This document shows positions 1 through 10,284 of a stretch of 64,000 bases of DNA, piece after piece. The stretch comes from an uncultured Candidatus Binatia bacterium (lineage in GTDB: Bacteria > Desulfobacterota > Binatia > Bin18). A program made the position numbers and the translations under genes. The stretch covers positions 2,112,001-2,176,000 of the forward strand of contig OZ243961.1 in assembly GCA_965214605.1 (NCBI GenBank). The letters are read 5' to 3'. The notes beneath the pieces were generated by a model, which had not been told where the DNA came from, made no database searches, and saw only the letters and a program-made list of their open reading frames with translations. The first letter of the stretch is position 1. Each line of letters starts with the position of its first letter.

Positions 1-525
1 CCGCGCCAGTTGCACGGCGAAGGGTTATGTCTGAGCGATTTTGTTGTCCCGCAGGCTGCCGGCCGGATGGATTACATTGCGCTCTTTGCGGTGACCTGCG
101 GCGGTGGTATCCGAGAACTATCGGAGCACTACAAACAGGCTGGACAGTATTTTGTATCGCACGCCGTGCAAGCCTTGGCGATTGAAAGTGCCGAAGGTTT
201 TGCCGAACTCCTGCACCGCCGTCTGCGCGAAATGTGGGGCTTTGCCGACCCGGCCGACATGACCATGCGCGACCGCTTTAAAGCCCGGTATCGGGGGGTT
301 CGGGTCAGTTTTGGCTATCCGGCCTGCCCACGTTTAGAAGACCAATGTATCCTCTTTCGGCTCTTGTCTCCAGAGACCGTCGGCCTCCAGCTCACCGAAG
401 GCTTTATGATGGAGCCAGAGGCATCGGTCTCAGCGCTCGTTTTCCATCATCCCCAGGCGCGCTACTTTAGCATTCTGGAAGAAGAGTTGAGGGAATTTGA
501 ACAAGGGCTGGGCGTCATCAATTGA
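1..525 (+). CDS. metH: B12-dependent methionine synthase, C-terminal activation domain (5'-partial)
   Basis: LCLSDFV, DYIALFAVT, ESAEGFAELLHRRLR, YRGVRVSFGYPACP and MMEPEASVSALVFHHPQARYF are typical of the MetH C-terminus; the frame is open to the window edge. Confidence 0.93.
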   Translation, partial: PRQLHGEGLCLSDFVVPQAAGRMDYIALFAVTCGGGIRELSEHYKQAGQYFVSHAVQALAIESAEGFAELLHRRLREMWGFADPADMTMRDRFKARYRGVRVSFGYPACPRLEDQCILFRLLSPETVGLQLTEGFMMEPEASVSALVFHHPQARYFSILEEELREFEQGLGVIN

Positions 526-770
526 GAGACGCGGCACCAGACCAAAACCGAGGTCCGCAGTCTTCCGCTTCCGAATTGAATTTTGCAGCGATGCAGGAGC
601 GGAGGAGTCTAGCAGCTTTTGTTCAAGTCCAACCGCAAACCGGGCAAGACCGGATCACCAGATAGCAGCATGCACCGCGGTCCTCGTAGTTGCCTCTATG
701 ACATACCATCCCAACTAAACACACATAAAATCTTACCTGCTGTCCCAATACGGAGCGGCCAGGTCTTCTC

Positions 771-799
771 TTGACAAAGCCCAGCCAGCCGATTAGTCA
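771..799 (+). promoter_or_regulatory. Possible sigma70 promoter for the 829 operon
   Basis: Perfect TTGACA at 771-776, 17-nt spacer, weak -10 TAGTCA, 30 nt upstream of the ATG at 829. Confidence 0.3.
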
Positions 800-828
800 G
801 GGGACAGCTTTTTTCCTGAGAGGGGCAT

Positions 829-1626
829 ATGCCAACAAAATACGTCGATGTTGACGGCTATGCGGTCCATTATTTTCATACCGGCCAAACAACCCTGCCC
901 CCAGTCGTTCCAGATGTCAGCCAGGGTAAACTGATCCTGTATCTTCACGGGGCGGGGAGTAATGGGCATTTTGCCCACAAGTTGCTCGGTCCCCTGTCGG
1001 CCAAGCACAGCCCCCTCTCCTTCGATTTTCCGGCCCACGGCCGCTCGAGCGGCATCGATAGCCTAGGAAATATCACGGCCTATAGCGATTTCACCTACAG
1101 TTTGTGGCGAACGCTCGGCATTCGTCCGGCGGTGTTGATGGGCCATTCCATGGGTGGGGCGATTGCCATGGACTTAGCTCTCCGTCATCCCGAGATGGTC
1201 GATGGCCTGATCCTGACTTGCACGGCCGCCACATTCAACATTCCGGACGAGCGGATTGAGACCTGGGCACAGGTCATGAAGGGCCGCCAATCCCAGCCGT
1301 TTACTAAAGATTCCTGCTCGCCCAAGACGCCGCAAGACATTGTCCGGCAGGGCTGGATGGAACAGATTAAGACCGACCCGCGCGTCCGCTACTTCGATTT
1401 GGTTGCCTGCCAACAGGTCGATCTGAGATCCAGACTGGGCGAGATCAGGACACCAACGCTGATTCTGGCCGGTCAAGACGATACCGCCACGCCAGTCGCC
1501 CAGAGCGAGGAACTCTGCGCCCAAATTCCCGGCGCCCAGCTCAGCGTTATCGAAGCTGCTGGCCACTGGCTCCCAATCGAAAAGCCACAGGCGGCGTGCG
1601 ATGCTATTGAGGCATTTTTTGGCTAA
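829..1626 (+). CDS. Alpha/beta-fold hydrolase
   Basis: YLHGAG, DFPAHGRS, nucleophile elbow GHSMGG, GQDD acid, AGHW catalytic His. Confidence 0.9.
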   Translation: MPTKYVDVDGYAVHYFHTGQTTLPPVVPDVSQGKLILYLHGAGSNGHFAHKLLGPLSAKHSPLSFDFPAHGRSSGIDSLGNITAYSDFTYSLWRTLGIRPAVLMGHSMGGAIAMDLALRHPEMVDGLILTCTAATFNIPDERIETWAQVMKGRQSQPFTKDSCSPKTPQDIVRQGWMEQIKTDPRVRYFDLVACQQVDLRSRLGEIRTPTLILAGQDDTATPVAQSEELCAQIPGAQLSVIEAAGHWLPIEKPQAACDAIEAFFG

Positions 1627-1647
1627 TCTAGTGAAAGAGGACAGATC

Positions 1648-2796
1648 ATGAGCATTAGAGGAAAAACCGCCGTCGCTGGCGTGTACGAGCATCCGCTCCG
1701 CTGGGCGCCGCACAAAACCCAGTACCAGATTATGGCTGAGAGCGCCCGTGGCGCGCTGGAGGACGCTGGTCTGACGCTGAAAGACGTCGATGGCCTGTTT
1801 ACCTCTGGGGTGAGCGGGATGGGTATCGTCTCTCTCGCAGAGCACCTGAATCTGAACCCCGATTATCTGGACTCCAATTCTATCGGGGGCTCGTCTTTTG
1901 TGTCGCATACCGCCCACGCGGCCGCAGCGATTGCAGCTGGCTACTGCAACGTTGGCCTGATTTTGTACGGGAGCAAATGGTCGTCTGACCGGTTTGCGAT
2001 TGGCACGGCCGGAGGGGCATCAGGAGATCCGCCCGATCAGCAGGAAAACAGCTTCGGGCCAACTACGGTTGGAGCCTATGCTCTGGTTGCACAGCGTCAT
2101 ATGCACGAATTTGGGACGACCAGCGAGCAACTGGCTGAAATAGCAGTGGTCACCAGAAAGCATGCCTCACTCAACCCCAATGCTAAGTTCCGCGACTTGA
2201 TCAGCGTCGAAGACGTGATGAAATCGCGAATGGTGTCGTCTCCCCTCCACCTGCTGGACTGCTGCATGATCTCAGACGGCGGGGGGGCGGTTGTGGTCAC
2301 CTCGGCCGAACGCGCACGTGACCTGAGAAAGAAACCCGTCTACATCCAGGGGGCTTCCGAAGCCTGCTATCATACCAGCGCCGGCCTGCGGGATTTGACC
2401 GATGCGGCGGCCAAACAGTCAGGCCCCAAGGCCCTGCAGCGGGCTGGTGTTGCGCATAAAGACATCGACATGGCAATGATCTACGACTCTTTCACCATAA
2501 CCTTGTGCGTTACCCTGGAAAGCTTAGGCTTTTGTAGCAAGGGAGAGGGGGGCTCATTTGTCCAAAATGGACGGATTGGGCTGGGCGGCGAGCTGCCGAT
2601 CAACACCGATGGCGGTGGTCTGTCATCAAATCACCCCGGCATGCGCGGCATTTTTCTAGTTATTGAAGCCACTAAGCAGCTGCGCGGCGAATGCGCAGAC
2701 CGTCAGGTCCACGACTGTCAGCTAGCATTCTGCCATGGAACCGGAGGGTCCCTAGGACTGCGACATAGCGGAGCGAGCTTGGTATTGAGTGTGTAA
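1648..2796 (+). CDS. Thiolase-superfamily protein (SCP-x/Ltp2-like, DUF35-associated)
   Basis: SPLHLLDCCMISDGGGAVVV, IYDSFT, PINTDGGGLS; followed by a DUF35 gene. Confidence 0.9.
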   Translation: MSIRGKTAVAGVYEHPLRWAPHKTQYQIMAESARGALEDAGLTLKDVDGLFTSGVSGMGIVSLAEHLNLNPDYLDSNSIGGSSFVSHTAHAAAAIAAGYCNVGLILYGSKWSSDRFAIGTAGGASGDPPDQQENSFGPTTVGAYALVAQRHMHEFGTTSEQLAEIAVVTRKHASLNPNAKFRDLISVEDVMKSRMVSSPLHLLDCCMISDGGGAVVVTSAERARDLRKKPVYIQGASEACYHTSAGLRDLTDAAAKQSGPKALQRAGVAHKDIDMAMIYDSFTITLCVTLESLGFCSKGEGGSFVQNGRIGLGGELPINTDGGGLSSNHPGMRGIFLVIEATKQLRGECADRQVHDCQLAFCHGTGGSLGLRHSGASLVLSV

Positions 2797-2808
2797 GGGG
2801 GATTTTCT

Positions 2809-3231
2809 ATGGCTGAAGAAAAAAAATACCGAAAACCCTTGCCTCGCCTTGACGAGGAAAACCGCCCCTTTTGGGAAGCCTGCGCACGGCACGAACTCTA
2901 TGTGCAGAAATGCCGCGGCGACTGTGGTAGGGTCTTTTATTACCCACGCGCTTTTTGTCCGGAAGATCTGTCCACTGACTTTGAATGGCTCAAATGCAGT
3001 GGCAAAGGTACCGTCTACACCTATACCGCGACCTACCAGAATCAGAGTGCCGGCTTCCGCAACAACCTGCCCTACATCATGGCCTATGTGGAGCTGGAAG
3101 AAGGCGTGCGCATGCTGACAAATATTGTCGACTGTACCCCTGAAGAGGTCACCATCGGTATGCCGGTCGAAGTTACCTTTGAGGATGCCACGCCGGAGAT
3201 CTCTCTTCCCCTGTTTCGCCCGGTCCGGTGA
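2809..3231 (+). CDS. Zn-ribbon/OB-fold DUF35 protein (thiolase partner)
   Basis: PFWEAC, QKCRGDCG..YPRAFCP, SGKGTVYTYT, VELEEGVRMLTNIV, IGMPVEVTF. Confidence 0.92.
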   Translation: MAEEKKYRKPLPRLDEENRPFWEACARHELYVQKCRGDCGRVFYYPRAFCPEDLSTDFEWLKCSGKGTVYTYTATYQNQSAGFRNNLPYIMAYVELEEGVRMLTNIVDCTPEEVTIGMPVEVTFEDATPEISLPLFRPVR

Positions 3232-3375
3232 GAAAACCGTCCGCCTAGACCGACCATACGCACGGTGTCCGGATAGTCTGCTGTCCATTGCCAGACCAGG
3301 GTAGTTCTGGCACAATGGACATTCATATCGACCAAAAGCTGAGCCGTTCGGCAAGCTATTTAGGGCAGATACACT

Positions 3376-4044
3376 ATGGCACGTATTATTGATCTCCACT
3401 CGCACTCCGAAGCGTCGGACGATAGCCGCGCGCCTGTCGAGGCGTACCTGAAATGGCTGGCTCGCAAACGTGAAGAACGCCCTCTCGATGGTTTAGTCTT
3501 AACCGAGCACCGTAAATTTGATTCTGCCAGCGACTACCGCGCCCTCGAAGACAAATATGGTCTGCTCATCCTCAAAGCCTCGGAGGTTGAGACCGAGTAT
3601 GGCCATATTCTGGTCTACGGGGTCAACGATGATATCCTCAAACGCTTTGATTTCTCCAACGTTCGACTGCCGGCCCAACAGGTCATCAGCGAGGTCGCTC
3701 GTATGGGCGGCATTGCCATGCCGTGCCATCCCGGTCGACCGACCATCGGCCTCATCGAACATTACGAACAGAGGCCCCCGCTCGAGGGCGTGTATGGGAT
3801 TGAAGCCCTCAACGGAGGCAGTAAAAAAGGCGAAAATGAGCGGGTGGCCGAGTTGATCGACCAGTACGGTTACCACGCGTTCGGCGGCAGCGACTCGCAT
3901 CTGGTGAGCTTCATCGGCATCTGCGCCACCGAATTTGACCAGGACATCAGCTCCACCGAAGATCTGGTCAACGCTCTACGCAGCGGCGGCTACCGGCCGG
4001 TAGATTTCCGGGTTCGTAGAGCCCGGGCCTCAAGCGCATCCTAA
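3376..4044 (+). CDS. PHP-domain metal-dependent phosphoesterase
   Basis: IDLHSHS, LTEH, E..GHIL, CHP and GGSDSH metal-binding motifs. Confidence 0.85.
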   Translation: MARIIDLHSHSEASDDSRAPVEAYLKWLARKREERPLDGLVLTEHRKFDSASDYRALEDKYGLLILKASEVETEYGHILVYGVNDDILKRFDFSNVRLPAQQVISEVARMGGIAMPCHPGRPTIGLIEHYEQRPPLEGVYGIEALNGGSKKGENERVAELIDQYGYHAFGGSDSHLVSFIGICATEFDQDISSTEDLVNALRSGGYRPVDFRVRRARASSAS

Positions 4045-4055
4045 AGGACACGACT

Positions 4056-4499
4056 ATGGCGCTCGATTTTGATCGTTCCATTTTGGGGACCGTCTTTGAT
4101 GAGACCTCATTTGTTCCCATTACCAAAGAAGAGATTCTGGAATTTGCGGCAGCCCTAGGAGAGACCAACCCGCTCTATACGGATGAGGCCGCCGCAGCCA
4201 ACGGTCCGTACGGTGGCTTGGTTGCTCCGCCGACGTTTATCACCAAGCTGCGTCCGAACAAAATGACGCCCGAGAATATGCCGAAGTTCGGCAAAGTTGG
4301 CTTTGACGGCGGGAGAGATCTGGAGGTATTTGAGCCGGTTCGACCCGGCGACACGCTCAAGATGGTCAGTAAGATTCACGACATCTATGAAAAAACTGGG
4401 CGCAGCGGCAGCATGTATTTTATCGTCCTCCGCAACGAGGTCAGCAATCAGAACGGTGAAAAAGTGGCCGTGATCGACCATAGGATTATGCAGCGATGA
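4056..4499 (+). CDS. MaoC-like (hot-dog fold) dehydratase subunit
   Basis: FAAALGETNPLY, VAPPTF, PVRPGDTL, IYEKTGRSG. Confidence 0.88.
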   Translation: MALDFDRSILGTVFDETSFVPITKEEILEFAAALGETNPLYTDEAAAANGPYGGLVAPPTFITKLRPNKMTPENMPKFGKVGFDGGRDLEVFEPVRPGDTLKMVSKIHDIYEKTGRSGSMYFIVLRNEVSNQNGEKVAVIDHRIMQR

Positions 4500-4918
4500 G
4501 CAGCTTATACTTTGAAGATGTTGAAGAGGGCGACGAGTTCCCCACCCTGGACATGTTTCTGACCAAGAATCAGGTCCGCCGCTATGCGCGGACCGCCAAT
4601 ATGGATTTTCCACGCTTTACCGATGACGAGGGTGCCCGCAAGGAGGGCCTACCCGGCATGATTGCGCCCGGTGTCATGAGCATGGGACTGCTAGCACGTA
4701 TGATCAGCGACTGGAACCCCGCCGCCTGTATTACCCGCATCGGAACGACGTTCCGCAGCCCGGTCCTGCCCGATAACAATATTCACCTGTGCGGCGCGGT
4801 CACCCAGAAAGACGAACGGACTCATACTGCCGAATGTGACATTTGGATGGAAAACGACGACGGTGAACGCTGGGTTATTGGCACCGCAACGGTTGCCTTG
4901 CCGACAAAATCGGCCTAA
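4496..4918 (+). CDS. MaoC family dehydratase subunit
   Basis: YFEDVEEGDE, AR.EGLPGMIAPG, FRSPV; ATGA overlap with the upstream MaoC gene. Confidence 0.88.
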   Translation: MSSLYFEDVEEGDEFPTLDMFLTKNQVRRYARTANMDFPRFTDDEGARKEGLPGMIAPGVMSMGLLARMISDWNPAACITRIGTTFRSPVLPDNNIHLCGAVTQKDERTHTAECDIWMENDDGERWVIGTATVALPTKSA

Positions 4919-4992
4919 TGTTCCTCCCCTACTCGTCTGCCTCTGAACGTTCTCTATCCTGGAATAAAGGATAAGGGAGAGGGAGCTCTCAC

Positions 4993-5736
4993 ATGATCAG
5001 TCGAATCGTTCTTATGTCGCTTGTGTTGCTGAGCCTGTGCTTTATGAGGGGCTGGTCGACTCCTGCCCAGGCTCAGTTCGACACCGGTCTTGAAGACTCC
5101 TTAGACGCACCCGCCCAGGTCTATAAAAATTCTCGGCTCGAAACCTTCAACGAAGCCATGTTTGACGTCAACCTGTGGCTGGACGAGAAACTCCTGCGGC
5201 CGGTTGCCAGGAGCTATGAAAAAGTCGTTCCTGAGGGCGCCCGTCTGGGCGCACGACGCTTCTTTCTCAATCTGGGCTTCATTCCGCGTGCCGCCAATAG
5301 CCTCCTTCAGCTCAAGTTCGACGGGGCGGCGCGAGAAGTGAGCCGCTTCATGCTCAACACGACAATCGGCGGACTCGGCTTCTTCGATGTGGCCAAGAAC
5401 CAGTTTGGGATTCAGGAGAGCAACGAAGACTTCGGGCAGACACTAGGCCATTACGGCGTAGAAGACGGAGGGTATCTTGTCCTCCCCTTTTTGGGTCCGT
5501 CAACCGTACGCGACACCGTGGGTTTTGTGATCGATGGAGCGATGGATCCCAAACAGTATATCCTGTCCGGCACACACAACTTTGCGATTAGTAGCGGAAC
5601 GACCGTCACCAACGCCGTCAACGAACGCTCGTTGAACCTAGAGCTGTTTGAGCAGGTTGATCGCTTCTCGCTGGATCTCTACAGCGCCGTCCAGGACTTC
5701 TACCTGCAGCGCAGAGAGCAGCTGATCGAGGAATAG
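4993..5736 (+). CDS. mlaA: VacJ/MlaA family outer-membrane lipid asymmetry protein
   Basis: LETFNEAMF, RFMLNTTIGGLGFFDVA, EDFGQTLG, YLVLPFLGPSTVRD, DLYSAVQDFYLQRR; N-terminal signal sequence. Confidence 0.93.
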   Translation: MISRIVLMSLVLLSLCFMRGWSTPAQAQFDTGLEDSLDAPAQVYKNSRLETFNEAMFDVNLWLDEKLLRPVARSYEKVVPEGARLGARRFFLNLGFIPRAANSLLQLKFDGAAREVSRFMLNTTIGGLGFFDVAKNQFGIQESNEDFGQTLGHYGVEDGGYLVLPFLGPSTVRDTVGFVIDGAMDPKQYILSGTHNFAISSGTTVTNAVNERSLNLELFEQVDRFSLDLYSAVQDFYLQRREQLIEE

Positions 5737-5742
5737 GGCGGC

Positions 5743-6369
5743 ATGCGATATCACCGAGAGATGATGATGGAGTTATGCCGCCGTCCGGTCCAAGTCTGGA
5801 TTTGGCTCGCCTTGGGTTTGGTACTCGCCTGTGCCGGACCGGCACAGGCCGAGACTCCGCCCCAAATGACACGGGAGTTGATCGAGTCTATTATCGCCTG
5901 TGCAACAGCGGACGGGGCTCAACCGAGCGGCTGTGATGTTGAAAAAATCGAGGGGCATCTGGCCCTCGCCCAGCTCGCCCGCTGGCTGATGGGCCCCCAC
6001 TGGCAGGATCTAGGCCAGCAAAAACAGAACGATTTCGCTGCCTTACTCGCCCGCCTGCTGCGTGATGTCGCCTATCCGCGAGCGGCCGAGTTCTTATCCA
6101 GCAATCAAATTGTGTACGGCCAGAATCATGTTGACGGTAAGGAAGCTATTGTTGAAACCTCGCTCGTCAACGCCGAAGAAGGGCAGGTCGTGATCAAGTA
6201 CCGCTTACACCTCATTGACGATAGGTGGAAAGTCTGGGACGTGTATCTCGACGGGGTGAGCATGGCAGGCAACCTGCGCAAACAGGTTCAGTCTATCATG
6301 GCTCGCAAGTCCTACGGGGAGTTGGTTGAGCGTATGCAGAAAAAACTCAATTGGGACGATCCTCAGTAG
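5743..6369 (+). CDS. mlaC: MlaC/Ttg2D (HpnM-like) periplasmic lipid shuttle
   Basis: Signal peptide, LMGPHWQDL..Q, IKYRLH..WKVWDVYLDGVSM; lies between mlaA and hpnN. Confidence 0.85.
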   Translation: MRYHREMMMELCRRPVQVWIWLALGLVLACAGPAQAETPPQMTRELIESIIACATADGAQPSGCDVEKIEGHLALAQLARWLMGPHWQDLGQQKQNDFAALLARLLRDVAYPRAAEFLSSNQIVYGQNHVDGKEAIVETSLVNAEEGQVVIKYRLHLIDDRWKVWDVYLDGVSMAGNLRKQVQSIMARKSYGELVERMQKKLNWDDPQ

Positions 6370-9215
6370 GCGGTGGAGAACCACGCGTGCCTTCGTCTGC
6401 CCCTTCTGCCCCCCTCTCTCCACCGCACTTGACGTGGGAACAGCATACCCTGCATTCCCTGGCCCGCCTGACCACGACCTATCCCATCACGATTCTGACC
6501 GTGTGCCTAGTCTTGGTCAGTGTGGCGCTGAGCTATACCGCCTCATATCTGGAGTTTGTCACTGGCCGGAATGAGCTCATTGACAGCAACAAGCCGTATA
6601 TCAAGCTAGAGGAGCAATACGCCGAGGAGTTTAGCAGCCTTGACCAGTTCTTCGTTGTGGTCGAGCCACAAGATATTGAGCAGGGCCAAGCCTTTATGGT
6701 CCGGCTTGGCGAGCTTCTGACCCGGGAGACGGGCTATATTGAGGACGTCTTCTATCAGGTTGATACCACCTCGCTCGACGGCAAAAAGCTCCTCTACCTG
6801 CCCACCGAGGACTTGCAGAGCCTATTCGGCGATATTTCCGACTCTCGGGATCTGATCCAGGAAATCACCGTCGCCCCGGGCCTCAACACCCTGTTTGAGG
6901 CTATTAACCGGCAGATCAGCGCCGCCACCGTCTCCCACCTCATTGGCAGCCTGTTGGGTCTAGGTCTTCCCGAAGACGAACCACAGGAGGAAAATCGAGA
7001 AACTCCGGACGAAACGCCGACGCCGCAGATCGGCCTTCTCAATTCTCTGCTGTATGAGATGGACCAGGCGCTCAGCAACCCGGCTCATCGCTATCAGTCA
7101 CCCTGGGAAGAGTTCTTTGGCGATACCCAAACGCTGTCGGACGAGGGCTTCCTCGTGTCCGGCAACCGTCAGTTTCTCTTCATGCTAGTCGAACCCGCAG
7201 ATCCGGAAGAGGCCGGACTGACCGAGCTGCAAGACGCCATTACTACGATTCGGCACATTATTCATGACTTGCGATCGGACTTCCCCGGACTCGACGCCGG
7301 TCTGACCGGCATTGAGGTCCTCGACACCGATGAGATGACCAGTGCCCAGAGCGATGCACCGGCGGCAACGCTCGCGACAGCGCTGGGTATTGGTCTATTG
7401 TATCTGACCTTTTTTCAGCGCATCAGGCACCCGGTTCTTATTCTCTCCTCGCTGCTGGTCGGACTATGCTGGACTATGGGCTTTGTCACCCTGGCGGTCG
7501 GTCACCTAACGATTATCAGCCTGTTTGTCGCTCCCCTGCTGCTAGGTTTAGCCGACGATTTCGGTGTCCACTTTATGACCCGCTACGAGGAAGAACGCGG
7601 CGCCGACAGAGACCCGATTGCTGCTCTCCATCAGGTCTATATTCATACTGGACCGAGCATTATCGCCGGGGCATCCACAACGGCTCTGGCCTTTGCAGCC
7701 ATTATGCTGGCCGATTTCCGAGGCATGCAAGAACTCGGCCTAATGTCCAGCGTCGGTATCTTGCTGTCCATGTTGGCCATGTTCAGCTTTCTGCCCGCTC
7801 TAGTCGTGGTAGTTGAGCGTATCCGTCCCTGGCGGGCGCACTCGACCCGCCCGAGTTTTTTGAGTACCCCCTTCACCGCGTTGGGGAGGCTGGTGGAGAA
7901 CAGGCGGCGGTCGGTTTTGGTGTTAGCTGGTCTGCTAACACTGGGGGCGCTGGGAGCACTCCCGACCGTTCGGTTTGACTACGACCTGCTCAACCTCCAA
8001 GCCCATGGCACCCCTTCGGTTGAGTGGGAGAGACGTATCATTGCCCATTCGGAACGCGCCTCCTGGAATGCCTTGGCAACGGCTTCAACCCCCCAGGCTG
8101 CCATGCGGAAAGCGGCAGCGTTTGAAGCCCTGCCAGTCGTCGAAACGGTCGAAAGTATGGCCTCTTTTATCCCCGCCGGTCAGGCTCAGCGGATGGCGCT
8201 GGTCCACGATCTACAGCCCCTGCTGGCTGACCTCCCCCCGGTTCTGGCGAGGCCCTCGCCCGTTATGGTGTTCGACCTCCAGCGTTCTCTTGATCAGATT
8301 CGGTTTAAAGTTCGAGAGAGTAATGAAGACTGGGACCCTGAAAAAAAACCTACAGAAAGTGAGTTGAGCACGGCCCGCAGCCGGCTGAAAACCATTGTCA
8401 CCCGTTTACAAAACCTCCCCCAGAACGAAGCCCGGGCTGCGCTCAGCCGGTTTCAGGCCGATCTGTTTCAAGATTTTGCCGATGTCTGGAGCCTCCTGTG
8501 GAATAATATCCATCCCTCCGGTCCAATTACTCTGGCCGATATTCCACCCCAGCTCAAAAAACGCTTTGTGAGCCGCAACGAGGACAAGTTCTTACTCCAG
8601 ATCTATCCCAAGCACAATATTCGTGAGCAGCAGGCGCTCGAAGCCTTCATCCAGCAGCTGCGCGAGGTTGACCCTGATGTCACGGGCTCGCCGGTCATTG
8701 GCTACGAGTCGATCCGTGCCATGCAGCAGGGCTATATCGAAGCCGCGATGTACGCCCTGATTGCGATTGTGATTGTCACCTTTAGTACCTTGCGGAGTGT
8801 CACCGATACCCTGCTTGCTCTCCTGCCGCTAGGTCTGGGGATGGTTTGGGCCGGCGGCCTGATGTGGCTGTGCAAGCTCCAGTTCAACGTTGCCAACCTG
8901 GTGGCCGCCCCCCTCATTATTGGCATCGGCATCGAAAACGGTATTCACCTCGTCCACCGTTTTCGAGAAGACCCGCAGACGACACCAGCCAGTTTAATCG
9001 CGGGCAGTACAGGCCAAGCTGTAGCCCTGTTTTCGCTAACGACTATGGTCGGCTTCGGTAGCCTGATGATCGCCAAATACTATGGCGTTTTTAGTATGGG
9101 CTTGCTACTGTCGTTGGCAGTAGGCGGCGTCCTGGTCGCCTCCCTTGTTGTGCTCCCGGCGTTTTTGTCTTGTCCGGCACGTCACAGGGCACCTTATGAG
9201 AGTGACCGCGCCTAG
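6351..9215 (+). CDS. hpnN: HpnN/MMPL family RND hopanoid transporter
   Basis: About 950 aa with two TM bundles, LLLGLADDFGVHFMTRYEEE, VRFDYDLLNLQ, VTGSPVIGYES, IIGIGIENGIHLVHRF; start may be GTG at 6387. Confidence 0.9.
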   Translation: MGRSSVGGGEPRVPSSAPSAPLSPPHLTWEQHTLHSLARLTTTYPITILTVCLVLVSVALSYTASYLEFVTGRNELIDSNKPYIKLEEQYAEEFSSLDQFFVVVEPQDIEQGQAFMVRLGELLTRETGYIEDVFYQVDTTSLDGKKLLYLPTEDLQSLFGDISDSRDLIQEITVAPGLNTLFEAINRQISAATVSHLIGSLLGLGLPEDEPQEENRETPDETPTPQIGLLNSLLYEMDQALSNPAHRYQSPWEEFFGDTQTLSDEGFLVSGNRQFLFMLVEPADPEEAGLTELQDAITTIRHIIHDLRSDFPGLDAGLTGIEVLDTDEMTSAQSDAPAATLATALGIGLLYLTFFQRIRHPVLILSSLLVGLCWTMGFVTLAVGHLTIISLFVAPLLLGLADDFGVHFMTRYEEERGADRDPIAALHQVYIHTGPSIIAGASTTALAFAAIMLADFRGMQELGLMSSVGILLSMLAMFSFLPALVVVVERIRPWRAHSTRPSFLSTPFTALGRLVENRRRSVLVLAGLLTLGALGALPTVRFDYDLLNLQAHGTPSVEWERRIIAHSERASWNALATASTPQAAMRKAAAFEALPVVETVESMASFIPAGQAQRMALVHDLQPLLADLPPVLARPSPVMVFDLQRSLDQIRFKVRESNEDWDPEKKPTESELSTARSRLKTIVTRLQNLPQNEARAALSRFQADLFQDFADVWSLLWNNIHPSGPITLADIPPQLKKRFVSRNEDKFLLQIYPKHNIREQQALEAFIQQLREVDPDVTGSPVIGYESIRAMQQGYIEAAMYALIAIVIVTFSTLRSVTDTLLALLPLGLGMVWAGGLMWLCKLQFNVANLVAAPLIIGIGIENGIHLVHRFREDPQTTPASLIAGSTGQAVALFSLTTMVGFGSLMIAKYYGVFSMGLLLSLAVGGVLVASLVVLPAFLSCPARHRAPYESDRA

Positions 9216-9220
9216 GCTGC

Positions 9221-9724
9221 ATGCGGAAAATTACCCCCATGATCATCGGGACCGACTTTCTCAAGACGCTGCGTGCTGAAGGCTTCGATTTTTTCACCGG
9301 AGTGCCCTGCTCGCTGGTCAAGAGTTTGATTGCCCGCCTCGAAGAGGAAGGGCCGTATATTCCGGAAACCCGCGAAGACGCAGCGGTCGGCCTAGCGGCT
9401 GGCGCCTATATGGCCGGTAAACAGCCAGTCGTTATCATGCAAAATTCGGCCTTAGGAGTGTGTCTCAACGCCCTCGCCTCGCTGAGTCTGATCTACGATC
9501 TGCCGTGTCTGTTGCTCGTCACCTGGCGCGGTTATCAGGGAAAAGACGCCCCCGAGCATCTCATCATGGGAAACATCTCCCCCCGCTTATTCGAGACCTT
9601 GCGCATTCCGTATCGGGTGTTGAGTGTCGAGACTACCATGCAAGACGCCGGGTGGGCTGCCGATATCATCCATCACGGCAAAAAACCGGTGGCTCTGTTA
9701 CTCCCTCCGGGGGTGCTTGAGTGA
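9221..9724 (+). CDS. TPP-dependent phosphonopyruvate/sulfopyruvate decarboxylase, alpha (N-terminal) subunit
   Basis: FFTGVPCSL, REDAAVGLAAGAYMAG, MQNSALG..NALASL, WRG..GKDAPEH. Confidence 0.88.
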   Translation: MRKITPMIIGTDFLKTLRAEGFDFFTGVPCSLVKSLIARLEEEGPYIPETREDAAVGLAAGAYMAGKQPVVIMQNSALGVCLNALASLSLIYDLPCLLLVTWRGYQGKDAPEHLIMGNISPRLFETLRIPYRVLSVETTMQDAGWAADIIHHGKKPVALLLPPGVLE

Positions 9725-10284
9725 AGCTGGCAGACGCCTTAGGGATAATGATTCCCCTGCTGCACGACGAGCTCGTCGTGCATGCCAACGGTTTTATTTC
9801 GCGTGAATCCTTCAATCTCAGTGACCGGCCGGGCAACTTCTATATGATCGGCTCTATGGGGCTTGCCTCATCTATCGGTCTGGGCGTTGCCCTCAATCGT
9901 CCCAATCGTCGTGTTGTGGTCTTTGACGGCGACGGCAATGTCCTCATGAATATGGGCTCCTTGGCACTGATTGGCGCCACCCAACCGCCCAACTTCGTTC
10001 ACATCGTTTTCGACAATGAAGCCTATGGCTCAACTGGTAATCAGCGCACGATCTCGGGTCAAGTCGCCCTGGAAGATATCGCCCGCTCCAGCGGCTACCA
10101 GCACGTCGGCAGGGTTGGCACACCGGGAGGTCTTAAAGCTGCGGCAGGCGAATTGCTCGGTCAGGCCGGACCCTCGTTTCTGTTAATTAAGATTGAACCT
10201 GACTGGCAAGAACGCAAAATCGGCCGTATCACGCACGAACCGCCCCAGATTGCGCGGCGATTTATCGAAGCCATTAAAAAATGA
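9721..10284 (+). CDS. TPP-dependent phosphonopyruvate/sulfopyruvate decarboxylase, beta subunit
   Basis: NGFISRE, NFYMIGSMGLASSIGLG, TPP motif DGDGNVLMNMGSL...DNEAYGSTGNQ; GTGA overlap with the alpha gene. Confidence 0.88.
   Translation: MKLADALGIMIPLLHDELVVHANGFISRESFNLSDRPGNFYMIGSMGLASSIGLGVALNRPNRRVVVFDGDGNVLMNMGSLALIGATQPPNFVHIVFDNEAYGSTGNQRTISGQVALEDIARSSGYQHVGRVGTPGGLKAAAGELLGQAGPSFLLIKIEPDWQERKIGRITHEPPQIARRFIEAIKK

Noticed and set aside
9221-10284. Coenzyme M biosynthesis (comDE)
   Set aside because: No comA, comB or comC nearby; the aminotransferase and cytidylyltransferase context fits head-group synthesis better
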